34,310 nucleotides of DNA, taken from contig JAEXAZ010000216.1 of the NCBI GenBank assembly GCA_023394255.1, positions 1 through 34,310 on the forward strand. The letters run 5' to 3'. Origin of the DNA: Bacillota bacterium (lineage in GTDB: Bacteria > Bacillota > Clostridia > Oscillospirales > Ruminococcaceae). A model generated the notes under the pieces. It saw nothing but the letters and a program-made list of their open reading frames with translations, was not told where the DNA came from and ran no database searches. A program made the translations under genes and the position numbers. Positions 1 to 9,119 of the stretch are shown in pieces (the stretch's first letter is position 1; every line of letters starts with the position of its first letter).

Positions 1-107
1 CATCAGGGGGTGTTTTGTCACTGTCCGTTTTTACTGGACCTGTTCACATCCAGATGAGGGGTGGTTTTGCTTTTCTAAAATTTACGCTACCATTTTCTTT
101 AGAACTT

Positions 108-116
108 TGCTATAAT
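108..116 (+). promoter_or_regulatory. Extended -10 promoter (TGcTATAAT) for the tyrA-aro operon
   Basis: TGCTATAAT at 108-116, ~55 nt upstream of the TTG start at 171. Confidence 0.6.
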
Positions 117-170
117 AAAGTCCAGCATCGGCGTGAGCGACTCACGGCCGGCCGAAAGGATGGGGTTCTA

Positions 171-1025
171 TTGGATTTTGACCGGGAAACGGCGCGCATT
201 GGAATCATCGGGCTCGGGCTCATCGGCGGGTCGATGGCAAAAGCGCTGAAAAAATATACGGGACACAGGGTTTACGGGTATGACATCGACCATTCCGTCG
301 TCCAAAGCGCTCTGGACACAGGTTCCATCGACCGTAAAATCGGCGCGGAGGAATTATCCGCCTGCGACCTGATCTTTTTGGGATTATACCCGCGCCATGC
401 GGTGGAATTTGTGAAGAAAAATATCGGCGGCTTCCGTCAGGGCAGCATCGTGATCGATTTATGCGGCGTAAAGCAGTATTTGACAGAGAACCTGAGCGGA
501 CTCTGCGCCGATCATCAGATCACCTATATCGGCGGGCATCCGATGGCCGGCAAAGAGCGGTGGGGGTTTTCCAGCGCGGACGCGGACCTGTTTTGCGGGG
601 CCAGCATGATTATCACACCGGATACTCTGGTTCCACAGACGCTGTTAAGCCAGCTGGAAAAGCTGTTCGCGGAGATCGGTTTCGGGCGCACAACAGTCAC
701 CACACCGAAAGCGCACGACAGCATGATCGCATTCACCTCGCAGCTGGCGCATGTGGTTTCCAGCGCCTATATCAAAAGCCCGCGCGCGCGTCAGCACGAG
801 GGATTTTCCGCGGGCAGTTATAAGGATCTGACCCGCGTGGCAAAGCTGAACCCCCAGATGTGGACAGAGCTGTTTCTGGAAAACCGGGAATGCCTGCTGG
901 ACGAGATTGACACCATTCAGGAGCATCTGCGGGAATACCGCGACGCGATCGCGGCAAAGGACGACCGGCGGCTGTTCGCGCTGCTGGAGGAAGGCAGAAA
1001 AATCAAGGAGGCGCTTGATCGATGA
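171..1025 (+). CDS. tyrA: Prephenate dehydrogenase (no ACT domain)
   Basis: GIIGLGLIGGS Rossmann motif, GGHPMAG, HD..IAFTSQLAH, GSYKDLTRVA. Start TTG 171 after AAAGGA; ORF-track start at 15 overlaps the promoter. Confidence 0.93.
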   Translation: MDFDRETARIGIIGLGLIGGSMAKALKKYTGHRVYGYDIDHSVVQSALDTGSIDRKIGAEELSACDLIFLGLYPRHAVEFVKKNIGGFRQGSIVIDLCGVKQYLTENLSGLCADHQITYIGGHPMAGKERWGFSSADADLFCGASMIITPDTLVPQTLLSQLEKLFAEIGFGRTTVTTPKAHDSMIAFTSQLAHVVSSAYIKSPRARQHEGFSAGSYKDLTRVAKLNPQMWTELFLENRECLLDEIDTIQEHLREYRDAIAAKDDRRLFALLEEGRKIKEALDR

Positions 1026-2086
1026 AAACCATCGCGGTAAAAACCGGAAGACCTTATCAAATTCAGATTGAGGACGGGCTGCTGCGGCGTTTTCCGGAGC
1101 TGCTTGCGAATGTTTACGGCGGCAGAAAGCCGGCGCTTGCCATCGTCACCGACGATACGGTCGACGCACTCTATGGGGAACCCTTACGCCGTCAGCTTGC
1201 GGATGCGGGCTACCCGGTCTGCAAGTTTGCGTTTGCGCACGGGGAAGACTCCAAAACGCTCGAAACCGTCAGCCGTGTTTATGATTTTCTCGCCGCCAAC
1301 AGTATCACGCGTTCGGATGTTATCCTTGCTCTGGGCGGCGGCGTTGTGGGGGATCTGGCGGGCTTTGCGGCTTCCAGCTGGCTGCGTGGAATTGATTTCG
1401 TGCAGATTCCCACGACATTTCTGGCGATGATCGATTCCTCCGTCGGCGGCAAAACCGGCGTGGACATTCCGCAGGGCAAAAACCTTGTGGGCGCTTTCTG
1501 GCAGCCGTCGCTGGTGGTCTGCGACCCGCAAACGCTCCGTACGCTTCCGGAGGAGACCTTCGCCGACGGCGTGGCGGAAGCAATCAAATACGGTGCAATC
1601 CTCGACAGCGATTTATTTGAACTGCTGGAAAGCGGGGATTTGCAGGAACATCTCGAAGCGGTGATCGGCCGCTGTGTCGATCTGAAGCGGGAGGTTGTGG
1701 AGCAGGACGAGCGCGACAGGGGTGTCCGCCAATGGCTCAATTTCGGACACACGCTTGGGCATGCGGTGGAAGCCTATTCCAACTACACCCTGCCCCACGG
1801 GCGCGGCGTCGCCATCGGCATGGTCATGATCTGCGAAGCCTGTGAAAAAGCGGGCGTTACGCCGAAGGGAACCGCAGCGCGCATTTCGGACTGCTGCCGC
1901 CGTTACGGGCTGCCCGTTTCAACCGGCGCACCGCTGGAGGTCCTGTGCAAATCCTGCATGGGGGATAAAAAGCGGACCGGCTCCAAAATCAGCCTGGTGG
2001 TTCTGGAGAAGATCGGCAAAGCCGCCCTCTACCCCGTGGAGGCGGCGAAGCTGCATTCTTTTCTGGCAGGTGAATCCCGTGAGTAA
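1022..2086 (+). CDS. aroB: 3-dehydroquinate synthase
   Basis: ALGGGVVGDLAGF, QIPTTFLAMIDSSVGGKTG, LNFGHTLGHAVE; ATGA overlap with tyrA. Confidence 0.96.
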   Translation: MKTIAVKTGRPYQIQIEDGLLRRFPELLANVYGGRKPALAIVTDDTVDALYGEPLRRQLADAGYPVCKFAFAHGEDSKTLETVSRVYDFLAANSITRSDVILALGGGVVGDLAGFAASSWLRGIDFVQIPTTFLAMIDSSVGGKTGVDIPQGKNLVGAFWQPSLVVCDPQTLRTLPEETFADGVAEAIKYGAILDSDLFELLESGDLQEHLEAVIGRCVDLKREVVEQDERDRGVRQWLNFGHTLGHAVEAYSNYTLPHGRGVAIGMVMICEACEKAGVTPKGTAARISDCCRRYGLPVSTGAPLEVLCKSCMGDKKRTGSKISLVVLEKIGKAALYPVEAAKLHSFLAGESRE

Positions 2087-3335
2087 TGTACGCGTTTACC
2101 CCGCCAAGTTATCCGGCAGCCTGACCGCGCCCCCGTCCAAATCGGCGGCGCACAGGGCGCTGATCTGCGCCGCGCTGGCACAAGGCGAAAGCGAAATCGC
2201 GCCGGTGTCCGATTCCACCGATATGGGGGCAACACTCGGTGTGCTCGCCGCCATGGGGCAACCGGCGGAGCGCGACGGAAAAACCGTCCGGTTTCGCGGG
2301 ATGCCGTGGGCGGAACACCCGGTAACACTCAACTGCCGGGAAAGCGGCTCCACGCTGCGTTTCCTGCTGCCGGTTGCCGCAGCGCTGGGGCTTTCCGCAA
2401 CCTTTCTCGGGGAAGGCAGGCTTCCTGAACGTCCAGTCGGCGTACTGACGGAACAGCTCTCCCGGCACGGCATTTCCATCACGGGCAGCGGCATGCCTTT
2501 CTCTATTAAAGGAAAATTGACCGGCGGCGTCTTCACCCTGCCCGGCGACATCAGCTCGCAGTTTATCAGCGGGCTGCTGTTTGCCCTGCCCCTGCTCCTG
2601 CAGGACAGTGAAATCCGCCTCACCACGCCGCTGGAATCCGCGGCGTATGTCGATATGACCCTCTCCGCGCTGTCGGACGCGGGCATTCGGATTGAGCGCT
2701 CCGAGGGCAGCTTTTTGGTCAAGGGCGGGCAAAGCTACCGCCCGGGCCGAAAAACCGTCGGGGGGGATTTTTCCAACGCCGCGTTCTGGCTGTGCGCGGG
2801 CGCAATCGGAGGATCCATTGCAATAGACGGGCTTGAAGCGCATTCCGTACAGGGCGACCGTGCCGTCGTGGAACTGGTGCGGGCGTTCGGCGCGTCTATC
2901 TCCGTTCAAAACGGACAGACTATTGTTGAAAGCGCGCCGCTGCACGGCATCCGCATCAACGCGGCGCCAGTTCCCGATCTGGTTCCGATCCTCGCTGTGA
3001 CCGCCGCTTTTGCACAGGGCGATACCGAAATTTACAATGCCGCGCGGCTGCGTATCAAGGAAAGCGACCGGCTTTCGGCTGTATCAAAACTGATTCGGAA
3101 TCTGGGCGGCGAAGCGCTGGAATTCCCGGACCGGCTGATCATCCGGGGGACCGGCGGTCTGCGGGGCGGCGAAGCCGACGGGATGAACGACCACCGCATT
3201 GTCATGAGCGCCGCGATTGCCGCTCTGTTCTGCCGCGAGCCTGTCGTCATCCGCGGCGCGCAGGCTGTCCGGAAATCCTATCCGGATTTCTTTGAAGATT
3301 TAAAAAGGCTTGGAGGTCGTTACGATGTCATCTAA
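2079..3335 (+). CDS. aroA: 3-phosphoshikimate 1-carboxyvinyltransferase (EPSP synthase)
   Basis: PPSKSAAHR, CRESGSTLRF, SSQFISGLL, RLRIKESDR, NDHRIVM, KSYPDFF; GTG start 2079 after AGGTGA. Confidence 0.96.
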   Translation: MSNVRVYPAKLSGSLTAPPSKSAAHRALICAALAQGESEIAPVSDSTDMGATLGVLAAMGQPAERDGKTVRFRGMPWAEHPVTLNCRESGSTLRFLLPVAAALGLSATFLGEGRLPERPVGVLTEQLSRHGISITGSGMPFSIKGKLTGGVFTLPGDISSQFISGLLFALPLLLQDSEIRLTTPLESAAYVDMTLSALSDAGIRIERSEGSFLVKGGQSYRPGRKTVGGDFSNAAFWLCAGAIGGSIAIDGLEAHSVQGDRAVVELVRAFGASISVQNGQTIVESAPLHGIRINAAPVPDLVPILAVTAAFAQGDTEIYNAARLRIKESDRLSAVSKLIRNLGGEALEFPDRLIIRGTGGLRGGEADGMNDHRIVMSAAIAALFCREPVVIRGAQAVRKSYPDFFEDLKRLGGRYDVI

Positions 3336-4452
3336 CTGGGGAAACTCCTTTCAGATCTCTTTGTTCGGGGAAAGCCACGGCGCGGGTGTCGGCGTGGTGA
3401 TCGACGGCATGCCTGCCGGGTTGAAGGTGAATTTTGAGGCGCTGGAGGCCTTTATGAAACGCCGCGCCCCCGGAAGGAACAAAGCCAGCACCCCCCGGAA
3501 GGAAAGCGACCGGCCGGAACTGCTGTCCGGCATCCTGGACGGCGTCACCACCGGCGCTCCCCTGACCGCTTTCATCCGCAACGGCGATATGCATTCCGGC
3601 GACTATGCGGAGCTTTCCTCGCTTGCCCGCCCCGGTCACGCCGACTACACGGGATTCCTGCGCTACGGCGGCTTTAACGACGTGCGCGGCGGCGGCCATT
3701 TTTCCGCCCGCCTGACGGCTCCTCTGGTATTCGCGGGCGGGATTGCAAAGCAGCTCCTTGCCGCACAGGGAATTTTGATCGGGGCGCACATTGCCCGCGC
3801 GGCGGGGATTGACGACGAGCGTTTCGATGACGTCAGGCTGGACGCGCGGACGTTGCTGTCTGCCGGAGCCCGTGACTTTCCGGTGCTCGACGAACAGGCC
3901 GGCGGGAAAATGCGGGAAGCGATTGAAGCGGCCCGGCTCGCGCAGGATTCGGTGGGGGGCATTGTGGAGTGCGGGATTACCGGCGTTCCCGCCGGTATCG
4001 GTTCCCCGATTTTTGACGGAATCGAAAACCGGATTGCTTCCATCCTGTTTGGAATTCCCGCTGTCAAAGGGATCGAATTCGGCGCGGGCTTTGCCGCCGC
4101 CGACCTGCGCGGTTCCGAGAACAACGACCCTTTTGTGATGGACGGCGGCGCCGTACGCACGCAAACCAACCGTCACGGAGGCATCCTCGGGGGGATCTCT
4201 TCCGGCATGCCGATTTTGTTCCGGGCGGCGTTCAAACCGACCCCCTCCATTTCCCGGACGCAAAAAACCGTGGATTTCCGGAAAAATGCCCCCGCAGAGC
4301 TTTCGGTTAAGGGCAGGCACGACCCCTGCGTCGCGGTACGCGCGGTTCCCGTTGTGGAAGCCGCGGCGGCGGTTGCCATTGCGGATATTCTCAAATCCGA
4401 AGGCAGGATTCCGGCGGTGCTGGATGGAGCACAAGCGCCATCCGAAGCATAG
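3325..4452 (+). CDS. aroC: Chorismate synthase
   Basis: FGESHG, RPGHAD, GGGHFSAR, GGILGGIS, FKPTPSI, GRHDPC; ATG 3325 after GGAGG. Confidence 0.97.
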   Translation: MSSNWGNSFQISLFGESHGAGVGVVIDGMPAGLKVNFEALEAFMKRRAPGRNKASTPRKESDRPELLSGILDGVTTGAPLTAFIRNGDMHSGDYAELSSLARPGHADYTGFLRYGGFNDVRGGGHFSARLTAPLVFAGGIAKQLLAAQGILIGAHIARAAGIDDERFDDVRLDARTLLSAGARDFPVLDEQAGGKMREAIEAARLAQDSVGGIVECGITGVPAGIGSPIFDGIENRIASILFGIPAVKGIEFGAGFAAADLRGSENNDPFVMDGGAVRTQTNRHGGILGGISSGMPILFRAAFKPTPSISRTQKTVDFRKNAPAELSVKGRHDPCVAVRAVPVVEAAAAVAIADILKSEGRIPAVLDGAQAPSEA

Positions 4453-4466
4453 TATGGAAATGGGTC

Positions 4467-4495
4467 TTGACAATTCAGGACTTTTGTGGTTTAAT
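4467..4495 (+). promoter_or_regulatory. SigA promoter of the T-box leader
   Basis: TTGACA(4467-4472)-17 bp-TTTAAT(4490-4495) with TG extension. Confidence 0.75.
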
Positions 4496-4504
4496 AATTC
4501 CCAT

Positions 4505-4765
4505 AAACCGATGACGGAGAGATAAAACCGCAGGCGCGCGCACAGAGATTCGGGAGTGCTGGGAACCCGGACGAAAGCGAAGCGGACAAATGGACTCCTG
4601 AGGGTGCGGTGAACAGCAAAATGCCAAGTATTCCGCAACGCAGGCCAGCGTTAAATGGCGATGGGCGTGTTGGCGCTCTGAAGAGGTGGATGCATTTTGC
4701 ATCAATCAAGGTGGTACCGCAGGTTTAGCACCTGTCCTTGCAAGAGGACAGGTGTTTTTTGTTGT
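4505..4765 (+). ncRNA. T-box riboswitch, predicted Trp (UGG) specifier
   Basis: Stem I motifs (ACAGAGA, GTGCTGGGA), specifier AAA-TGG-AC at 4591-4593, T-box AATCAAGGTGGTACCGC 4704-4720, terminator CACCTGTCCT..AGGACAGGTG-T6 4729-4760. Confidence 0.93.
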
Positions 4766-4843
4766 TTCCGGAGACAGCAAGCCGAAAGCCTTACCGCCCC
4801 AACATAAAACAGACCTTTTTTATGGAATGAAGGAGAATGAACT

Positions 4844-5890
4844 ATGAAAAAGTTAACCGTGCTTGTGACATCCCTTGTCCTTTCGCTTTCCATGCTTACC
4901 GGCTGCGGCAGCTCCGCCGCCACTTCTTCCGCATCGGCTCCTGCTCCCGCATCCTCCGGTGTGTCGTCGGAAGCTCCCGCCCCGTCCCAGGCCGCTTCCG
5001 GCGAAAAGGTGAAGATCGGCCTTGTGCAGATTGTGGAACATACCTCCCTGAATCAGATCCGCGAATCCTTCATGGAAGAAATGAAGGCCCTCGGCTACGG
5101 CGATGACAAGGCTGAGATTGAATACGCCAACGCTTCCGGCGACCAATCCAACCTGAACTCGATCTGCCAGAAGTTCGCGGGCGATGAAAAAGACCTGATT
5201 GTCGCGATTGCCACCCCTTCCGCGCAGGCGGCGGCAGCAGCGGCCCCCAACATCCCGCTGGTGTTTTCCGCGGTCACGGACCCGGTTGCCGCCAAGCTGG
5301 TGGCCGACCCGAACGCGCCGGACGGCATCATCACCGGTACCTCGGACGCTATCCCGGTCGATCAGGTATTCGCGCTGATGAAGCAGCTGACCCCCGACGT
5401 GAAAACCGTCGGCATGATCTACAACCTCGGCGAAGTCAACTCGGTATCCGTCATTGAACAGGCAAAAAAATATTGCGACGAAAACGGCATAGACTATGTG
5501 GAAGCAACCGTCACCAACTCCAGCGAAGTCCAGCAGGCCGCGCAGTCCCTGGTCGGAAAGTGTGAAGCGTTCTACACCCCGATCGACAACACCGTCGCTT
5601 CCGCAATGGCCGCTTATGCCGAAGTCGCCAAGCAGACAAAACTCCCCATCTACACCGGCGCCGATTCCATGGTCATCGACGGCGGCTTCGCCACGGTAGG
5701 CATTGATTATACCCTGCTTGGCAAGCAGACGGCGCAGATGGCCGCGAAAATTCTGGAAGGTACTCCGGTAAAGGATATCCCTGTGGAAACCCTGTCCGAT
5801 TTCTCCACAATCATCAACCAGACAACCGCCGACGCGATCGGCGTCACAATTCCGGAGGATCTGGCTTCCTCCGCCCAGATTGTCAAATAG
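4844..5890 (+). CDS. ABC transporter substrate-binding lipoprotein (TrpX-like, probably Trp/aromatic amino acid)
   Basis: Lipobox LTGC, Ser/Ala linker, QIVEHTSL, IATPSAQA, FSAVTDP, TGTSD; T-box upstream. Confidence 0.88.
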   Translation: MKKLTVLVTSLVLSLSMLTGCGSSAATSSASAPAPASSGVSSEAPAPSQAASGEKVKIGLVQIVEHTSLNQIRESFMEEMKALGYGDDKAEIEYANASGDQSNLNSICQKFAGDEKDLIVAIATPSAQAAAAAAPNIPLVFSAVTDPVAAKLVADPNAPDGIITGTSDAIPVDQVFALMKQLTPDVKTVGMIYNLGEVNSVSVIEQAKKYCDENGIDYVEATVTNSSEVQQAAQSLVGKCEAFYTPIDNTVASAMAAYAEVAKQTKLPIYTGADSMVIDGGFATVGIDYTLLGKQTAQMAAKILEGTPVKDIPVETLSDFSTIINQTTADAIGVTIPEDLASSAQIVK

Positions 5891-5910
5891 TCCGGTCTGT
5901 TTTGCGAAAT

Positions 5911-5943
5911 CGCAAGGGGATGCATCCGCTGCATCCCCTTGCG
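5911..5943 (+). other. 14-bp intercistronic hairpin between binding-protein and permease genes
   Basis: CGCAAGGGGATGCA-tccgc-TGCATCCCCTTGCG; typical mRNA stabiliser or partial terminator. Confidence 0.6.
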
Positions 5944-5968
5944 CTGATTTTTGATTCTAACGAAGTGA

Positions 5969-6871
5969 GTGATGAACATGAGTATGTTTGCCTTTCAGGG
6001 AGCCGTTGAGCTGGGGCTGATCTATGCCCTGCTGGCGCTGGGGCTGTTCGTTTCCTACCGGATTCTGGATATCCCGGACCTGACAGTGGACAGCAGCTTT
6101 ACTCTGGGAGCTGCGGTTTCCGCCGTTTTTGCCACCGCCGGCCACTCTTATCTTGGGCTGGTCATGGCGATTGCCGCAGGGTGGATGGCGGGGATGCTGA
6201 CCGCATTTCTGCAGACAAAGCTGCAAATCCAGCCGATCCTCGCCGGCATCCTCTCCATGACGGCGCTTTATTCCATCAACCTGCGCGTCATGAGCGGCAG
6301 GGCGAACATCTCGCTGCTTGGCACCGATACGCTCTTTTCCGCGGCACCCGGAAAATTTGGGAAGATGTTCGCGGCCCTTGCGATCGTAATTGCCGCCGGC
6401 ATCTTTTTGGTCCTGTTTTTCCGCACCCAGGTTGGGCTCTGTATCCGCGCGACCGGAGACAATGAAGAAATGGTGCGCACCTCCTCCATCAATACCGACC
6501 GGATGAAGTTCATCGGGCTGGGCCTTGCGAACGCGCTGGTCGGGCTTTCGGGCGGGCTCATCTCACAGTACCAGAGCTTTACCGATTTGAGCATGGGCAT
6601 CGGGATGGTTGTTGTGGGGCTGGCCTCCCTGATCATCGGAGAAGTGATCTTCGGCCGCCCGAACGTCTGGAGAAATGTGGTTGCCGTCATTTTTGGCGCG
6701 GTGATTTACCGCTGCATTATTGCGTTTGTTTTCGCGCGCGGCCTGCCCACAAACGACCTCAAGCTGATTTCTTCGGTGATTGTCGCCCTGGCGATCTCCT
6801 ATCCGCTGATTATCAGGCGGTACCGGCTGATGAAACTGATGAGGGAGGCGTCTCGCAATGTTAAAGCTTAA
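5969..6871 (+). CDS. ABC transporter permease (TrpY-like)
   Basis: Hydrophobic; PDLTVDSSF, LYSINLRVM, IRATGDNE, GLASLIIGE; exact start among several Met codons uncertain. Confidence 0.9.
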   Translation: MMNMSMFAFQGAVELGLIYALLALGLFVSYRILDIPDLTVDSSFTLGAAVSAVFATAGHSYLGLVMAIAAGWMAGMLTAFLQTKLQIQPILAGILSMTALYSINLRVMSGRANISLLGTDTLFSAAPGKFGKMFAALAIVIAAGIFLVLFFRTQVGLCIRATGDNEEMVRTSSINTDRMKFIGLGLANALVGLSGGLISQYQSFTDLSMGIGMVVVGLASLIIGEVIFGRPNVWRNVVAVIFGAVIYRCIIAFVFARGLPTNDLKLISSVIVALAISYPLIIRRYRLMKLMREASRNVKA

Positions 6872-7652
6872 ACACGTCAGCAAAACCTTTTTCCCGAACA
6901 CAATCAATGAGCGCAAGGCGCTGATCGACCTGAGCCTGACGCTGGAAAACGGGGATTTTGTCACCATCATCGGCGGAAACGGCGCCGGAAAATCGACGCT
7001 GTTCAACGCGGTCGCCGGTTCCTTCCTGATCGACAGCGGCAATATCCTGCTTGACGGGCAGGATATTACCTTCCTGCGCGATTATCGGCGCGCCAGAAGC
7101 ATCGGGCGGCTGTTTCAGGACCCGCTGAAAGGCACCGCCCCCAACATGACCATTGAAGAAAACCTGACGATGGCCTACCAGCGCGGTGCCAAAAGCAGGT
7201 TCCGCCTGGGCGTCAGCAAAAAAGAACAACAGGCCTTCCGTGACCATCTGGCCGAATTGGGGCTTGGACTGGAAGACCGTATGAAAACCAAAATGGGGCT
7301 CTTGTCCGGCGGACAGCGGCAGGCCGTCACATTGATGATGGCAACCATCGTAACGCCCAAGCTCCTTCTTCTGGATGAACATACCGCCGCGCTGGACCCC
7401 GCCACGGCGGAGAAAGTCGCGTCGCTCACACAGAAAATCGTCGAGAAAGAGAAAATTACCACCATGATGATCACGCACAACATGCAGCAGTCACTGGACT
7501 GCGGCAACCGCACGATCATGATGGACGGCGGCCGCATCATTCTGGATATCAAAGGCGCCGAGCGGAGCAAGCTCACCGTGCCGGACCTGCTCGCCATGTT
7601 TAAAGATAAAAGCAAAAGGGAACTGGATAACGACCGGATGCTGCTCTCCTGA
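6858..7652 (+). CDS. ABC transporter ATP-binding protein (TrpZ-like)
   Basis: Walker A GGNGAGKST, LSGGQRQ, LLLLDEHTAALDP. Confidence 0.93.
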   Translation: MLKLKHVSKTFFPNTINERKALIDLSLTLENGDFVTIIGGNGAGKSTLFNAVAGSFLIDSGNILLDGQDITFLRDYRRARSIGRLFQDPLKGTAPNMTIEENLTMAYQRGAKSRFRLGVSKKEQQAFRDHLAELGLGLEDRMKTKMGLLSGGQRQAVTLMMATIVTPKLLLLDEHTAALDPATAEKVASLTQKIVEKEKITTMMITHNMQQSLDCGNRTIMMDGGRIILDIKGAERSKLTVPDLLAMFKDKSKRELDNDRMLLS

Positions 7653-7674
7653 ACAGCGCCGGTCAACAGGGATA

Positions 7675-7720
7675 AAAAAACCACAGGCATGGCTCTTTTG
7701 AGCCATGCCTGTGGTTTTTT
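7675..7720. terminator. Bidirectional intrinsic terminator
   Basis: A-tract CCACAGGCATGGCTC-tttt-GAGCCATGCCTGTGG T-tract between convergent genes. Confidence 0.88.
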
Positions 7721-7743
7721 ATCCATCACGCGTATCATCCGTT

Positions 7744-8763
7744 TCAGCGGGGGGACAGCCCTTTCACAGCCCTGTCAAATCGCGGAACCAGCCCCAGTTT
7801 GTCGGGTGCGAGATGCACCTGGAACTGGTAGATATCATGCCCCGGGAAATGGTTTGCTTCGATAATAATCGGGCCTTTTTCGGTAACCGCAACGTCCCAT
7901 GCGATATAGCCCAGCTCCGGGATTCTCAACGCGGCGCGCCTGACCAGTTCCACCGCTTCCCGGTAGTGGGGAATCTGCACGCCGATCAGGTCCTCCCCGG
8001 TCATCGGGTGCTGGAAATAGGCCTTCCCCTCCTTGTCGGCGCCGGGGGTGGAAATTTTCCCTGTTTTCATGTCGACCAGCACGGCCATCCCGCCGCTGTT
8101 GAGGTTGTCCACCCTTTTCCCGTTGCCGATGCGCATACTGGAAAACACCAGGTGGACGGTATTGCCGTTGCGGATCGTAACAAGCCGCAGGGTATTGACC
8201 GAAAGCGGATAAATTTTGCCGATATCGGGATGCTGGACAATAAACTCCTCCACAAGGTACTGTTTCCCCTCCAGCAGCATGTCGTACAGGCCCACAATCT
8301 TGCTGTCATCTGAAAGTTCAATAAATTCGATTCCCCGTCCGCAGGTGCCGTCGAGCGGCTTTGCGACCAGCTTCGGATGCTCTCTGCAAAACTGTTCAAA
8401 GGTATCCCTGCCGGTCTCGCGCAGGTCAATCCATGCCCTCCCGTGGAAGCCGTCGAACCGCTTGAGGAACTCAATTTTATCCTCCAGCAGGTGCCAGTTT
8501 TCCTGCGGATTCAGCAGCCTGACATAATGGTTGTTTTTGCCGCGCGTAATATATGTTTTTCTCTGGTCCGCCGAAAGCTTGTAAAATTCAAACACAAGGT
8601 AATCCATATAGCCCGCCTGATATTTAAACCCGCAGTACATGATGTCCGCCAGCGCAGCCACCGTGTTTTTTCCGGAGCGTTCGTGAACCTTGCGGGCGGT
8701 ATCAAGCATCGCCCGATAGTTCATCCCGGCAATGCGTTTGACTAGATAGTCGATCTTCGGCAT
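7744..8763 (-). CDS. Sugar-transfer-associated ATP-grasp ligase family protein
   Basis: VAKPLDGTCGRG, LVEEFIVQHP, SVNTLRLVT, DNLNSGG, YIAWDVAV, IIEANHFPG; ATG 8763 after AAGGGG; promoter TTGAAA-17-TATAAT at 8859-8831. Confidence 0.8.
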   Translation of the reverse strand: MPKIDYLVKRIAGMNYRAMLDTARKVHERSGKNTVAALADIMYCGFKYQAGYMDYLVFEFYKLSADQRKTYITRGKNNHYVRLLNPQENWHLLEDKIEFLKRFDGFHGRAWIDLRETGRDTFEQFCREHPKLVAKPLDGTCGRGIEFIELSDDSKIVGLYDMLLEGKQYLVEEFIVQHPDIGKIYPLSVNTLRLVTIRNGNTVHLVFSSMRIGNGKRVDNLNSGGMAVLVDMKTGKISTPGADKEGKAYFQHPMTGEDLIGVQIPHYREAVELVRRAALRIPELGYIAWDVAVTEKGPIIIEANHFPGHDIYQFQVHLAPDKLGLVPRFDRAVKGLSPR

Positions 8764-9006
8764 AACTGTTCCCCTTATTCCATACGTTTGCAGGCTTTTT
8801 GTTATCAGCCAAAATTTTGTTGCTTCGGTTATTATAACGCATTCTCCGATACTTTTCAACAATCGCTTTTCCAATATGCAGTAAATCATACAAATTCTGA
8901 CACTACATAAAAGATCCTTTATCCATACGGGTTCCCATTGCCTGTTTTTCTGTGATCCTTCAGTCAATTATATTGTTCCTGCGCCGCCTGAAAACATGCG
9001 ACAGAA

Positions 9007-9035
9007 TTGACTTTATATCCGGAAAATGGTATAAT
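9007..9035 (+). promoter_or_regulatory. SigA promoter
   Basis: TTGACT-17 bp-TATAAT with TG extension. Confidence 0.75.
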
Positions 9036-9119
9036 TTTTTTATATGTGAATATCCCGTAAATAAGGGAATTCTTGTTTGAATGGCAACTGCTGTTCGATT
9101 AACGGAGGTCGTTACATAG

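Noticed and set aside
15..170. N-terminal extensions in the ORF track (tyrA, aroA, ATP-grasp, guaB, DUF3810, pfkA, yeiH and others)
   Set aside because: They overlap promoters or upstream genes; downstream starts have proper SD sequences and match family N-termini.
3328..4638. 436-aa antisense ORF, and similar long shadows (10503-11684, 13111-14100, 15503-16264, 18396-19526, 28237-29193)
   Set aside because: They lie opposite well-conserved genes, lack recognisable motifs, and are expected from GC-rich codon bias.
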